A DNA stretch of 64,000 bases from positions 96,001-160,000 of the forward strand of contig CAVUCU010000007.1 in assembly GCA_963740085.1 (NCBI GenBank). Direction: 5' to 3'. The notes beneath the pieces were generated by a model. It made no database searches, was not told where the DNA came from, and saw only the letters and a program-made list of their open reading frames with translations. A program made the position numbers and the translations under genes. Below are positions 41,664 to 51,166 of the stretch, piece after piece. Every line of letters starts with the position of its first letter. The first letter of the stretch is position 1. The stretch is from Nitrospirota bacterium. GTDB taxonomy: Bacteria > Nitrospirota > UBA9217.

Positions 41664-41840
41664 ACTCCCAGGTCGGTTGCGGAGCGCAGCAGCGATAAGA
41701 GCGCGATTGCCGGATCAAATGGCGGTCCTCCGATGCTCCAGGCGGCGCGGGCGAAGCGGAAGCGCCGCGAATGCTGTGCGTGTCCGGAAAATCGATGCCC
41801 CCTGCGCTCCTTGCGACTAAGCGAAGTAACTGACCTGAGT
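41664..41840. repeat. MITE/REP-like element with terminal inverted repeats
   Basis: ACTCCCAGGTCGGTT ... AACTGACCTGAGT; internal GGAGCGCAG/CTGCGCTCC. Confidence 0.55.
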
Positions 41841-41879
41841 AATTTCGAGAACAGTGTCTTTATCGAGGTAATCCAGAGA

Positions 41880-43082
41880 TCACCCTCCTATTCCCCGCTT
41901 CATCATCAGCACAGCGGCGATCGCACCGGCAATCACGAGCGTCTCTATAAAAAGCCATGGCCACTTTTTCTTGAACGCGAGCTTCGGTTTCAAGGTCCCC
42001 TCTTCCGTCTTTATCGTGATCTGCGGCCGATACTCCCGGCCAAGTTTCAGCTTTCTGTTTTCCACGCGGAATAAAAGCCGCGCAGCATCCGGCCCGAACG
42101 ACGCGGGCTTCGGCTTGATCCAGAGATCATCAGTTGACAAGGTCCCCGTTGATCCGCTGCACCCGAGAGCCATCACCGGAACGCTCACCCATGAGGTCTT
42201 TTTCCACCATGGTAGTCTTATCATTTTCCCCGGCTTGGCGTAAATGATCTTTCCCTTTCCCTTGACGGGCATGGACAGACCGAGCAAAACCTTCTGGATG
42301 GCAAGTTTCATAGCATTCGCGCTCTGGAAGCGCCTGTTCATGTCCGGTTCCAGTGCCTTCCTGATGATGGCAGCCGTCTCCCGGCTCAACCCCGGATTCA
42401 GCTGCCGCGGATCAGGAAAGTCAAGAGGATTTTCCGCAGGGTTCCGACCGGTGAGGCAATGATGCAGCGTGGCGCCGAGTGAAAAGATATCCGAGCGCAC
42501 GTCGGTCTGGGCCGTGCCGTACTGTTCAGGCGCTGCATACCCCGGTGTCCCGTATACATAGGTGTCTTTGATCTTGTCATCCTTGAAGAACCGGGCGATG
42601 CCGAAGTCGATGAGCTTCACGCGTCCGTTGCGGTCGATCATGATGTTCGACGGTTTGAGGTCCCGGAACACGATCGGCTGCGGCTTTTGCACGCTCAGAA
42701 AGTGCATGGCCCTGCAGACCTGGAGCGCCCAGGACAGCACCCGCAGCTCATCCATGGGTTTTCCTCTTTGCGCATCGAGCACCTGCTTCAGCGTATTGCC
42801 CCGGATGTATTCCATAACAATAGTGTAAGAGCCCAACCGGGAGAAGTAATCATACACTTTCGGAAGGTTCTGGTGCGTCAGACGCATGAGTATCCGGGCC
42901 TCGGTCTGGAACTGGGTGAGCGCTTCCCCGGGATTTTCCGCGGACTGGTTGCCCGGCGTCAATTCCTTTGCAGCGAGCACCGTGCCTCTTTGGAGGCGGT
43001 CCGAGACCTTATATACGCATCCCATTCCGCCTCTGCCGAGGACACCGACGACTTCATATCTTTTTTTGAGAAGACGTTTCAT
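41880..43082 (-). CDS. Ser/Thr protein kinase with a C-terminal membrane anchor
   Basis: GRGGMGCVY, FRDLKPSN, DFG, GTPGYAAPEQ. Confidence 0.93.
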   Translation of the reverse strand: MKRLLKKRYEVVGVLGRGGMGCVYKVSDRLQRGTVLAAKELTPGNQSAENPGEALTQFQTEARILMRLTHQNLPKVYDYFSRLGSYTIVMEYIRGNTLKQVLDAQRGKPMDELRVLSWALQVCRAMHFLSVQKPQPIVFRDLKPSNIMIDRNGRVKLIDFGIARFFKDDKIKDTYVYGTPGYAAPEQYGTAQTDVRSDIFSLGATLHHCLTGRNPAENPLDFPDPRQLNPGLSRETAAIIRKALEPDMNRRFQSANAMKLAIQKVLLGLSMPVKGKGKIIYAKPGKMIRLPWWKKTSWVSVPVMALGCSGSTGTLSTDDLWIKPKPASFGPDAARLLFRVENRKLKLGREYRPQITIKTEEGTLKPKLAFKKKWPWLFIETLVIAGAIAAVLMMKRGIGG

Positions 43083-43092
43083 TGTAACCACC

Positions 43093-43167
43093 AGTAAGAA
43101 GTAATAGGTAATAGGTGAGATGTAACCCATCACCATCACCCATTACTCATCACTCATTACTCATTAC
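43093..43167. repeat. Inverted pair of heptamer tandem arrays
   Basis: AGTAAGA-AGTAATA-GGTAATA-GGTGAGA / CATTACT-CATCACT-CATTACT-CATTACG. Confidence 0.8.
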
Positions 43168-45446
43168 GCTACTTTAACGCCGCACTTTGCGCAGAACTTC
43201 GCATTCGCTCTCATTGAAGAGCCGCAGCCGGCACAGAGCCGGCCGGTTCCCTCGCTGAACACGATCGTCGACTGTCCCATGTCTATGACATCACCGTCCG
43301 CAAGCACCTGCCTGCCCGTGACCTTCTTTTTGTTCACATAGGTCCCGGCAATTGAGCCTTTGTCTTCAATGATATAGCGCCCGTTCTCCTGGATGACCTC
43401 CGCATGGTGCTGCGCAATATCTTTGTCCTTGAACAGGCCGAGCATGTTCCGCTCGTCCCTGCCGATGGTCACGCTCGCGCCGATATCAATAGCCTTTTTC
43501 GTTCCCCTGCCCCGCACAAGGCTCAAGTGTCCGGTCTGATACTGCCGGTCCATCTTTCTGAGCGATATTGTCACGAACCCGGCGATGCTCATCAGGGGGA
43601 TGACGAAGGCCCAGCCAGGCGTCATGCCGCCCGCGCCAAAGAGCGACGATTCAGGCTGAAAGTACGTACGCGCAGTACGTGGTCCAGTACCGACTGCAAG
43701 CGATACGTTCCTGAGATAGTCGGCCCGCTTCCCGGTCTGATACGTGATGACATATTCGTTGCGCATCCGGTTGCTGATGGTCAAATAAATCTCCGAGAGG
43801 CCGTCCGCCTCGGGAGTGAAAAAATAGGAGCCGCCGGTCTCTTGCGCTATCCGTTCGAGCCTTGCTTTCCGCACGTCCTTTCCGAGACCGATCACCGTGA
43901 CCGAAACATAAGCCTTGGCGGCGGACTCGATCGCCTGGTCCATATCAAGCTCGCCGCGGTTTGCGATACCGTCGGTGAGGACGATCACGGCTTTTCTGCC
44001 AGAGACACCGCTGACCGCTTCAACTCCCCGGGCGATGCCGTCAAAGAGCGCGGTATGGCCTCCGGGTTGAATGGTCAGAACGGCCTGTCTCAGAATGTTT
44101 CGGCTGCCGGTCAGGGACTCGAGCGCGTCCACCTCGTCACTGAAGGCGAAAAGGGCCGCCCGGTCGCCGGAATCCATGAGCGATATAAAACGCAGCACCG
44201 ACTCTTTTGCGCGTTCAATTTTCTCTCCGGTCATGGACTCGCTCCGGTCCAGCACGATGGCAAGGTTGAGCGGCTCGCGAAGTCCGTTCGCCCCGGCCAT
44301 CTGCACACTGTCGATCAGGACAGGATAGTTGTTTTCCGTGATCGTTATATTTCCCCTGGTCAGCCCGAGCACCGGCTTGCCATGTTCATCAATACAGGAC
44401 AGGTAGGCCTTGACCAGGGGAAAACCGCCCAGATCAAACTGGGTGATCTGCACTGATGCCGGCTCGCCGGCCTGCGCCATCGTACCTCCTCCTGAAAAAA
44501 TCCCAAGCAGAAGCATCACGATTGCCGCCGTGACCGCTGCGGCTTTCGCAGGAACCTTGACCGTGGCTTTCTTCACCGCAGAGAACATGAGCAGGATACT
44601 GCCCACCCTGATGACATCGCCGTCGGCAAGCCTGCTGCTTCGCGTCATTTTCTGGTTGATGTATACGGCCTTGCCCTGTTCTTCGGTCTCAATGGAAAAG
44701 TGTCCGTTATTCCGCTTTATGACGGCATGCTGTATGTTCACGCCTTCCGCACCCGAGAGACAGACATCGGAACGGTCGTCCCTGCCCACCATATTCAGGT
44801 CCTTCAGGAGTGAAAACTCTCTGCCGGCATGCCTTCCTTTGATGACCGTGACCGTTGCCGATATCAAGGCCTCTTCAACAAGACTTATGCAAGAACCTAT
44901 GGACATTCCAAGCAGCGCAAGACCTGCAAGGGTGGACCATATCGATGTCACTGAAAGCGCGTTGAATATGCTCCCGCCGATCAGGCCGCCGAGCGAGCCG
45001 CCGATGAATCCATAGAGGGCCCGCTCGCGTGACCGGATCATCAGGCCGCCGCTCAGACCCACCGTGGCGCCGAGCATTGCCCATCCAAGGGCCACGGAAA
45101 GGGCTATGCCGACCGAAGCATTGAGTACCATGCCCTCGGCCACGATCAGTCCGAGCATGGTGAAGATCGTGTTGCCCAGGCCTGCTCCTGCTGCGCCTCC
45201 GAGCAGGCCGGCCATAGCGCCATAGAGAGAGCGCCTGAGCGCGGCCCTGAGCTGCCTGCCCGCTATCGCTTCGTGGCTCCAGATGAAGCCGCCGATGAAC
45301 ATCCCGGCGAGCGCCCCGCGCAAGATCTCCGCAAGCAATCCCGCTTCAGCAAAGTCCGAAGCCGAAAGGATGAAGAGCCAGGCAGCTGATCCACCGAGTG
45401 CGCCTGCCGCTCCGTACGAAAGGGTCTTATTTGAGAGCCTGATCAT
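43164..45446 (-). CDS. Multi-TM / FHA / vWA / TM / FHA / Zn-ribbon protein
   Basis: Gly-rich TM bundle, two FHA-like domains (VGRDD, IGRDE), DRSES MIDAS, LTDG, CAGC...CAKCG. Confidence 0.85.
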   Translation of the reverse strand: MIRLSNKTLSYGAAGALGGSAAWLFILSASDFAEAGLLAEILRGALAGMFIGGFIWSHEAIAGRQLRAALRRSLYGAMAGLLGGAAGAGLGNTIFTMLGLIVAEGMVLNASVGIALSVALGWAMLGATVGLSGGLMIRSRERALYGFIGGSLGGLIGGSIFNALSVTSIWSTLAGLALLGMSIGSCISLVEEALISATVTVIKGRHAGREFSLLKDLNMVGRDDRSDVCLSGAEGVNIQHAVIKRNNGHFSIETEEQGKAVYINQKMTRSSRLADGDVIRVGSILLMFSAVKKATVKVPAKAAAVTAAIVMLLLGIFSGGGTMAQAGEPASVQITQFDLGGFPLVKAYLSCIDEHGKPVLGLTRGNITITENNYPVLIDSVQMAGANGLREPLNLAIVLDRSESMTGEKIERAKESVLRFISLMDSGDRAALFAFSDEVDALESLTGSRNILRQAVLTIQPGGHTALFDGIARGVEAVSGVSGRKAVIVLTDGIANRGELDMDQAIESAAKAYVSVTVIGLGKDVRKARLERIAQETGGSYFFTPEADGLSEIYLTISNRMRNEYVITYQTGKRADYLRNVSLAVGTGPRTARTYFQPESSLFGAGGMTPGWAFVIPLMSIAGFVTISLRKMDRQYQTGHLSLVRGRGTKKAIDIGASVTIGRDERNMLGLFKDKDIAQHHAEVIQENGRYIIEDKGSIAGTYVNKKKVTGRQVLADGDVIDMGQSTIVFSEGTGRLCAGCGSSMRANAKFCAKCGVKVA

Positions 45447-45462
45447 TTTAATCCTCCCTTAA

Positions 45463-45553
45463 TCGATGGACGAGGGACGACCGCTCGCTTTCGCTCGCTC
45501 GGACGAAAGACGATTCTTTTGCGCGTCCGTCGTCCCTCGTCTCTCGTCCATCG
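45463..45553. repeat. Inverted pair of heptamer tandem arrays
   Basis: TGGACGA-GGGACGA...CGGACGA-AAGACGA / TCGTCCC-TCGTCTC-TCGTCCA. Confidence 0.75.
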
Positions 45554-45559
45554 TGATTG

Positions 45560-46003
45560 CTATGCCGCCTGGAGCGTCAATGCCAGCTTTCCGAATCTGA
45601 GCTCGTCGCCCGCTTTGACCATCTGTGGCGCATGGGGCTGGATCTTCTTCTTGTTGATATAGGTGCCGTTCGTGGAACCCATGTCCTCAACCGTGTAGTT
45701 TGCGCCCGACCGGTGAATGACCGCATGTTTGCGGGATACGCCCTTATCCATGCCGCCAAGATTGGTCAGGTCCAGATCCGGGAACACATCGCTGATGGGG
45801 TCCTCTCTGCCGATAATGATCTCGTCCTTAACAGGGATCTCGAGCGAGTTGCCATCGATGGACATGAGCACCAGACTTGTCCCTTCGCTGTCCATTTCAG
45901 CGGCCGTGTCCTTGCCTTCGATTACGGTTTCAAGCTTTGCTCCGCACTCTTCGCAGAAGAGCGCTCCTTCGATGTTTTCTATCTGACATGCTGTGCATTT
46001 CAT
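45560..46003 (-). CDS. Zn-ribbon plus FHA domain protein
   Basis: CTAC...CEECG; IGR...VSRKHA...STNGT. Confidence 0.92.
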   Translation of the reverse strand: MKCTACQIENIEGALFCEECGAKLETVIEGKDTAAEMDSEGTSLVLMSIDGNSLEIPVKDEIIIGREDPISDVFPDLDLTNLGGMDKGVSRKHAVIHRSGANYTVEDMGSTNGTYINKKKIQPHAPQMVKAGDELRFGKLALTLQAA

Positions 46004-46097
46004 GGTAATACCCTCCTTTTTTTAATTATGCATGGCGCATAGCGCATGGTGCATAGGGTTATGTCTCTCTGACTCCTGACTCCTGACTCCTCACGCC

Positions 46098-47363
46098 TCA
46101 CTGCTTCATCGCCTGCGTCATTGCCTGGGTAAGCTTCCGTGTGCCGTACTCGAGTTTCTTGGTTCCTGCCGAGGTGAGCGCTCCGGTCTTCTTGAGCGAG
46201 AAGATCTCCCGCTCTGCTGCCTCAGCCAGGTCATCCTCGCCCAGGTTCAGGAGCACGGTTGCCGCCGACTGGAGCTTCTGCGTGGCTGCCGCGATATTCC
46301 CCGCCTCCACCTCGGTGAGCGCCCTGGTCTGGAGCTTGAAGGCGCTCACCTTCTCTACCAGGTTCATCACCTCGGCGTTCACCTTCGCTGCGGCTGCAGC
46401 GTCCTTGGTAAAGGTGACGAACAAATCCGTCTTGACGGAGCGGTCCTTGCTGTTCTGCGAGGGGAGGTCATAGCTGACCTCCACCTGCCCAAGTCGGAAC
46501 TGACCCGCCTTTTGTGCGGGAATTCGCGCTTCTATCAAAATTGACTGGCCTTTCCTGCCGTCAAGAGCACCGAGCTCGGTCATGACCGCGCCATTGCGCA
46601 CGGCCCTCGTGCTCACATCGACGATCAGGGGAGAGGTGACATATACTTTGTACGGCTTCACACCCCGGCTCATGCGGGCCGTTACCCTGAGGTTCATCGC
46701 TGCAACGGCCTGCATGCCCTCCACTTCCTGTTGAAACGCATCAAGGATAGCGATGGGGTTCTGGATCCAGTGCGAGTTTCCCCGGGATTGCTCGGCAAGC
46801 CGGAGCAGGAGTTTCTCGTTCCATTCATTACCGATGCCGATGCTCGTTATCGCGATGCCCTGCTTTCCTGCCTCTTCAGCAAGTTTGAGACACACGTCTT
46901 CGTCATCCCACGTCTGTCCGTCCGTAAGCAGAAGGATCCGGTTCACGCGGTCCTTTGCATGGCCCTTCTTCACCTCTGCCAGACCTGCCTTGAGCCCATC
47001 AGAGATCTGGGTGCCGCCGCGTGCGATCACGTTCGCGAGCTTGCCCTTGATCTCCTCGCGATTCTGCGCCGGTTGGCTCGGTATCAGCGTCTCGACCTGA
47101 TCGTCAAAGATCGTGACGGAGATGAGGTCGTCATCGCTCAAATGGTCCACCACGTATCCCACCGCTTCTTTTAAATTGTCCAGTTTCTCGCCATCCATGG
47201 AACCGCTCCGGTCGAGCACCAGGCTGAAGTTCGCCGGCATGTTGCCTGAAACCGGCCCGCTCCCGGCTTTGATGTCAACGAGAGCATAGATTGCCTGTTC
47301 CGTCTCTGTGGCCAGCACCGTGTCCTTGCTCATAATGCATCGTACCTCTAATCCGTTCTTCAT
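46098..47363 (-). CDS. Cytoplasmic vWA domain protein
   Basis: DRSGSM MIDAS, GGT, LLTDG; C-terminal GTKKLEYGTRKLT. Confidence 0.92.
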   Translation of the reverse strand: MKNGLEVRCIMSKDTVLATETEQAIYALVDIKAGSGPVSGNMPANFSLVLDRSGSMDGEKLDNLKEAVGYVVDHLSDDDLISVTIFDDQVETLIPSQPAQNREEIKGKLANVIARGGTQISDGLKAGLAEVKKGHAKDRVNRILLLTDGQTWDDEDVCLKLAEEAGKQGIAITSIGIGNEWNEKLLLRLAEQSRGNSHWIQNPIAILDAFQQEVEGMQAVAAMNLRVTARMSRGVKPYKVYVTSPLIVDVSTRAVRNGAVMTELGALDGRKGQSILIEARIPAQKAGQFRLGQVEVSYDLPSQNSKDRSVKTDLFVTFTKDAAAAAKVNAEVMNLVEKVSAFKLQTRALTEVEAGNIAAATQKLQSAATVLLNLGEDDLAEAAEREIFSLKKTGALTSAGTKKLEYGTRKLTQAMTQAMKQ

Positions 47364-47431
47364 TGTCTATTCCTCCTTTGTCATTCGCATGGTGTCTAAG
47401 GCATGGAGCATAGGGTGCTGTCCTCCGCCCT

Positions 47432-48388
47432 CTATCCCACCGTAACCACTACCGCGGTAATATTGTCCTTGCCGCCATGTGCGTTCGCCAACCGAACCAG
47501 TTCCTCACTCGCTGACCGTGCATCTTTTCCGGATAAAACGGCCTGGTGAATGTCCTTATCTCTCACCTCTCCCCAGAGTCCATCCGTGCACAGCATGAGA
47601 TGACCGCCCTTTTTCAGCTCCACCCGGAATGTATCCACGGTGATATTCTCATCAGTCCCGATCGTGCGATAGAGCAGATTGGACTTGGGGTGGCCCCTTG
47701 CCTCTTCTTTCGTCATTTTCCCAATGGCAACCAGCTTTGCAACCAGGGAATGGTCCCGGGTGATCTGGGTGATGGACCGTTCTTCTATCCAGTAGACCCT
47801 GCTGTCCCCGACATTCGCGATATAGGCGGTATTGTCAATTACCAGCGCGAGACTGATCGTAGTCCCCATGTTCGATCCCCTGTGCGCGCCCTCTTTTTTC
47901 ACTTCGCTGTTTGCCTTCCGCACGACATGCTCGATGAGCTTGAGTGGGTTCTCGTTCTGCTCCAGATGTTCTTCTATTTCCCTGCAAGCGGTCTCCACCG
48001 CGATCCTGCTTGCAACTTCTCCTGCGTCGTGTCCGCCCATACCGTCAGCCACGACATACAAAGACGCTTTCCCGAAAGAAACACAGGAGAAGCTGTCCTC
48101 GTTCTGGGGCCTGACCATGCCCGTGTTCGTCAGACCATGCCAGGCATCGGACACTGGTACGGGCACAGGACATCCGGCGTCAAGATCAGCCGCTGCACCT
48201 GTCTCAGGCCTCAGCCTCCGCGTATAGGCCGGTTGGAGCACCTGAGTCATTGATCTGGGTGTCTCTACGAAGGGAAATATTGCCCTTGCTTCAAGAACCT
48301 CGTCTGTCAATGTATGCTTTGCAGTTGCCTCCATCTTCTCGCCCCTTGTAAACATATTTTTCATCCAGTTTATCCAACCATGTGCCAT
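47432..48388 (-). CDS. PP2C/PPM Ser/Thr phosphatase
   Basis: NED, ADGMGG, GDSRVY, CTDGL, GGKDNIT; AGGAG RBS. Confidence 0.94.
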   Translation of the reverse strand: MAHGWINWMKNMFTRGEKMEATAKHTLTDEVLEARAIFPFVETPRSMTQVLQPAYTRRLRPETGAAADLDAGCPVPVPVSDAWHGLTNTGMVRPQNEDSFSCVSFGKASLYVVADGMGGHDAGEVASRIAVETACREIEEHLEQNENPLKLIEHVVRKANSEVKKEGAHRGSNMGTTISLALVIDNTAYIANVGDSRVYWIEERSITQITRDHSLVAKLVAIGKMTKEEARGHPKSNLLYRTIGTDENITVDTFRVELKKGGHLMLCTDGLWGEVRDKDIHQAVLSGKDARSASEELVRLANAHGGKDNITAVVVTVG

Positions 48389-48444
48389 GGTCAGCTCCTG
48401 TTCTTTTCATCCGATTCTCAGCTCGCCATCTTGGTCTACTCATT

Positions 48445-48460
48445 TGCATCTGCCATGCCA
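48445..48460 (-). promoter_or_regulatory. sigma54 (-24/-12) promoter of the PP2C-vWA-FHA-kinase operon
   Basis: Minus strand TGGCATGGCAGATGCA, with GG and GC at canonical spacing, about 57 nt before the ATG. Confidence 0.7.
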
Positions 48461-48712
48461 GAATTGAAATGAACGATCGCGACGGCACACGGGCAGACAG
48501 AAGTCTTTACGATACAGACGGTTGTGGGTATTGATGCTGCGGGTGTATTGCTCGGGTGGGGGGGATGATTCGCTGGAAATTATATGGTTATCGAAAGGGG
48601 GTATTCGATTTTCGAAGACTAGTGCACGGTAAAACTAATTCTTGATTATATTGCACACATATTTATCGTTTATTACCTTGGCATGATTTTAGTTACAGCT
48701 AAGTCAATGCAT

Positions 48713-48867
48713 ACCTAAAAGGGAAGAATATTTAACCGCGAAGGCGCCAAGTACGCGAAGAAAATCTATGGGCTTTTGTTTTAAACACGAAAGCTTTTTT
48801 GACGTCCTTTGCGACCCTGGCGCCTTTGCGGTTCAAAGACTTTGGTTTCGGCTTTTCCGGGTTAGGT
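48713..48867. repeat. MITE-like palindromic element, copy B
   Basis: AACCGCGAAGGCGCCAAG/CTGGCGCCTTTGCGGTT arms; end TTTGGTTTCGGCTTTTCCGGGTTAGGT. Confidence 0.7.
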
Positions 48868-48910
48868 AACATGACGGTTCGGAACCATCAACAATTAATT
48901 TTATGAGGTA

Positions 48911-49414
48911 CTAGTGTTCTTTGAGAAGGACTTCGGTGACAGCCTTGCGGCTCGATGCATGTTTCTGTGCCTTGGGATGACCGACGGCAACGACTGCCAT
49001 GAGCTCCATCTCTTTTGGCAAACCGAGAAGCGTGCGCACCGCCTCGGCATTCTTGAGGATCTCCCCAAGCCAGACCGCACCCAACCCCATCGCGTGAGCC
49101 GCGAGAAGCATGTTCTGGATGCAGGCACCCATGGCCTGGTGATCCTTTACGTCGTTATACATTACCGTCCTGTCAACGAAAACGGCAATGCAGGCCGGCG
49201 CCCGTTCGATAACAAAGCCGTAGTTTGTCTGCTTGCCAAGCTCCTTCTTGACGTCTGTCTTCTGAACGATCACGAACCGCCACGGCTGGTTGTTCAACCC
49301 CGACGGCGCCCATGTCCCGGCCTTGATGATCTCGAGCAACCGATCCCGCTCAACAGTCTGTTCAGTAAATTCCCGAACGCTCCGGCGCGTATATATTCCT
49401 TCGAGAATATCCAT
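48911..49414 (-). CDS. Nitroreductase family protein
   Basis: RRSVREF, APSGLNNQPWRF, QNMLLAAHAMGLGAVW. Confidence 0.93.
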   Translation of the reverse strand: MDILEGIYTRRSVREFTEQTVERDRLLEIIKAGTWAPSGLNNQPWRFVIVQKTDVKKELGKQTNYGFVIERAPACIAVFVDRTVMYNDVKDHQAMGACIQNMLLAAHAMGLGAVWLGEILKNAEAVRTLLGLPKEMELMAVVAVGHPKAQKHASSRKAVTEVLLKEH

Positions 49415-49417
49415 TCG

Positions 49418-49936
49418 TTATGGCTTCACCTGCTCGACAAATCTTCCCCGATAGGTGGCATGACCATCGCATTTTTCAAATACGAACTGGCAGATCCTGG
49501 TGCCCGGATAGAGCGCTAACGGACCATGTCCCAAATTCACCATTTCCAGGACCTGATGGTTGGCAATGCCGGGATGCATAAAACCAGCGGTCACATGAAC
49601 TGCCAGTCCAAAACGCGCAAATCTGCTTCTTCCTTCAAGACGGCCGGATATGTTGTCGGCAAGCGTGATCTTTTCTTTCGTGATACCCAGGATCATCTCA
49701 TCCGGCTTGATAACGATATAATCGCCGTCTTTCACGTGGACACCCCTGGTTATGTCCTGAAAATGAGAATCGTTTTTTATGTGATAGATCTTTGATCGCT
49801 TTTTAAAGATCCTGAAATCATTGCCGAGGGAAAGATCGATTGAACCCGGTCCGATCTGCGATCTGTCGAGCGGTTCAACAATTATCGATCTCTTCTTTAA
49901 AGCCTTCTCTATTTCTTTTCCGATCAAGACGCTCAT
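49418..49936 (-). CDS. dcd: dCTP deaminase
   Basis: SIDLSLG, EGRSRFARFGL, TAGF, LYPGTRICQ. Confidence 0.9.
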   Translation of the reverse strand: MSVLIGKEIEKALKKRSIIVEPLDRSQIGPGSIDLSLGNDFRIFKKRSKIYHIKNDSHFQDITRGVHVKDGDYIVIKPDEMILGITKEKITLADNISGRLEGRSRFARFGLAVHVTAGFMHPGIANHQVLEMVNLGHGPLALYPGTRICQFVFEKCDGHATYRGRFVEQVKP

Positions 49937-49970
49937 GGTATGTTAGCCCCTTTGGTCATTATTTTTTCCT

Positions 49971-50177
49971 GACCCGGACAGGCTTGAACCAAATATGCCA
50001 CAATGGCCAAAAAGAGGGCCACACTGAGACACCCTCGACAGATTCGTTCGAGGGCAGGCTTCGGCACGAAGAAGTTCAAATATAGGTTTGTGATTTAAAC
50101 TCCTTAATTCTTCGTGTTTTCTTTGTGCCTTAGAGCCGTCGTGGCTGAATTTTGTTTCCATTGAGTTGCCCGGGTAA
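49971..50177. repeat. MITE-like palindromic element, copy C, with a nested REP-like insert
   Basis: Homologous to 38845-38983; extra CCCTCGACAG...CGAGGGCAGGC hairpin at about 50032-50060. Confidence 0.75.
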
Positions 50178-50253
50178 TCAGGTTGTCGCAGCCACGGGAA
50201 GGAAGATAGGCCGGGATGTATTTTTGTTTGAAAAGCCGGCGCACCCGGCAGAA

Positions 50254-51060
50254 CTACTTCACCAGTTCGCCGTACTCGCCGGGCTTGCGATTCCTGAGGA
50301 ACCCCCAGGTCTCCGTGGCAGCTGCGCGCTCCGCAATGTCGATATCGGCAAGAACGATCGCCTCCTTGCTGCCGGCAAGCTCGGATGCCATCTCGCCCCA
50401 GGGGTCCACACAGAAGCTCCTGCCGTAGAACGAGACGCCATCCTCCTGACCCACACGGTTGACCCGGAAGATGTACATATTGTTGGCGAAGGCGTTGGCG
50501 CATATGGCCCGCTCCCAGAGGCTGTGCGTATTGAGCGACGCGGCAGTCGGCGCGAACACGATCTCGGCGCCCTTGAGAGCGAGGACCCGGCTGCCCTCGG
50601 GGAAAAGGTTGTCCCAGCAGATCTGGACACCGATCCTGCCCTGCGACGTCTCGAACACGGGGATCCCGGAATCTCCGGGAGAAAAGTAGAATTGTTCGCG
50701 GTACAGGGGGAGATCGGGAATGTGCAATTTGCGATAGACGCCGAGCAGCTTGCCGCGATCAAAGACCGCCGCGCTGTTATAATACGTGCCGCTGACGGAC
50801 TCGAAGAACGGGACGATGAGCACGGTCCCGGTCTTCTCGGAAACCTTCTGAAACCGGCCGAGCGTCTCGCCGAGAGAGCTGATCGCCCAGGAAAAGAGCG
50901 ACTTGTTTTCCTGTTTCGGGAACCAGGTTGTAAGGAACAGCTCGGGATAACAGATGACACTGGCATCCTTTTCAGCCGCCACTTCGGCCATTTCCACGGC
51001 GCGCTGGATATTCCTTCCGACATCCTGACCAGCGCTGATTTGTATTCCGGCTATTCGCAT
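50254..51060 (-). CDS. Carbon-nitrogen hydrolase (nitrilase superfamily, N-carbamoylputrescine amidase-like)
   Basis: PELF, YRKLHIP, ICWD catalytic E-K-C triad. Confidence 0.92.
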   Translation of the reverse strand: MRIAGIQISAGQDVGRNIQRAVEMAEVAAEKDASVICYPELFLTTWFPKQENKSLFSWAISSLGETLGRFQKVSEKTGTVLIVPFFESVSGTYYNSAAVFDRGKLLGVYRKLHIPDLPLYREQFYFSPGDSGIPVFETSQGRIGVQICWDNLFPEGSRVLALKGAEIVFAPTAASLNTHSLWERAICANAFANNMYIFRVNRVGQEDGVSFYGRSFCVDPWGEMASELAGSKEAIVLADIDIAERAAATETWGFLRNRKPGEYGELVK

Positions 51061-51166
51061 GGAGATCTCATTTGCCTTGATGCACCAGATTCAGGGTTGG
51101 TCGCCTTGGAAGACAGGCCCTTCCTTCATGCTGTCAGACCCTTCAGACAACGTGCGGCTGCGGTAT

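Noticed and set aside
41880-48388. TerY-P defence triad or T6SS PpkA/PppA/Fha module
   Set aside because: The vWA, PP2C and kinase domain types overlap, but gene order, protein sizes and the FHA partners differ from TerY-P, and no T6SS structural genes are present
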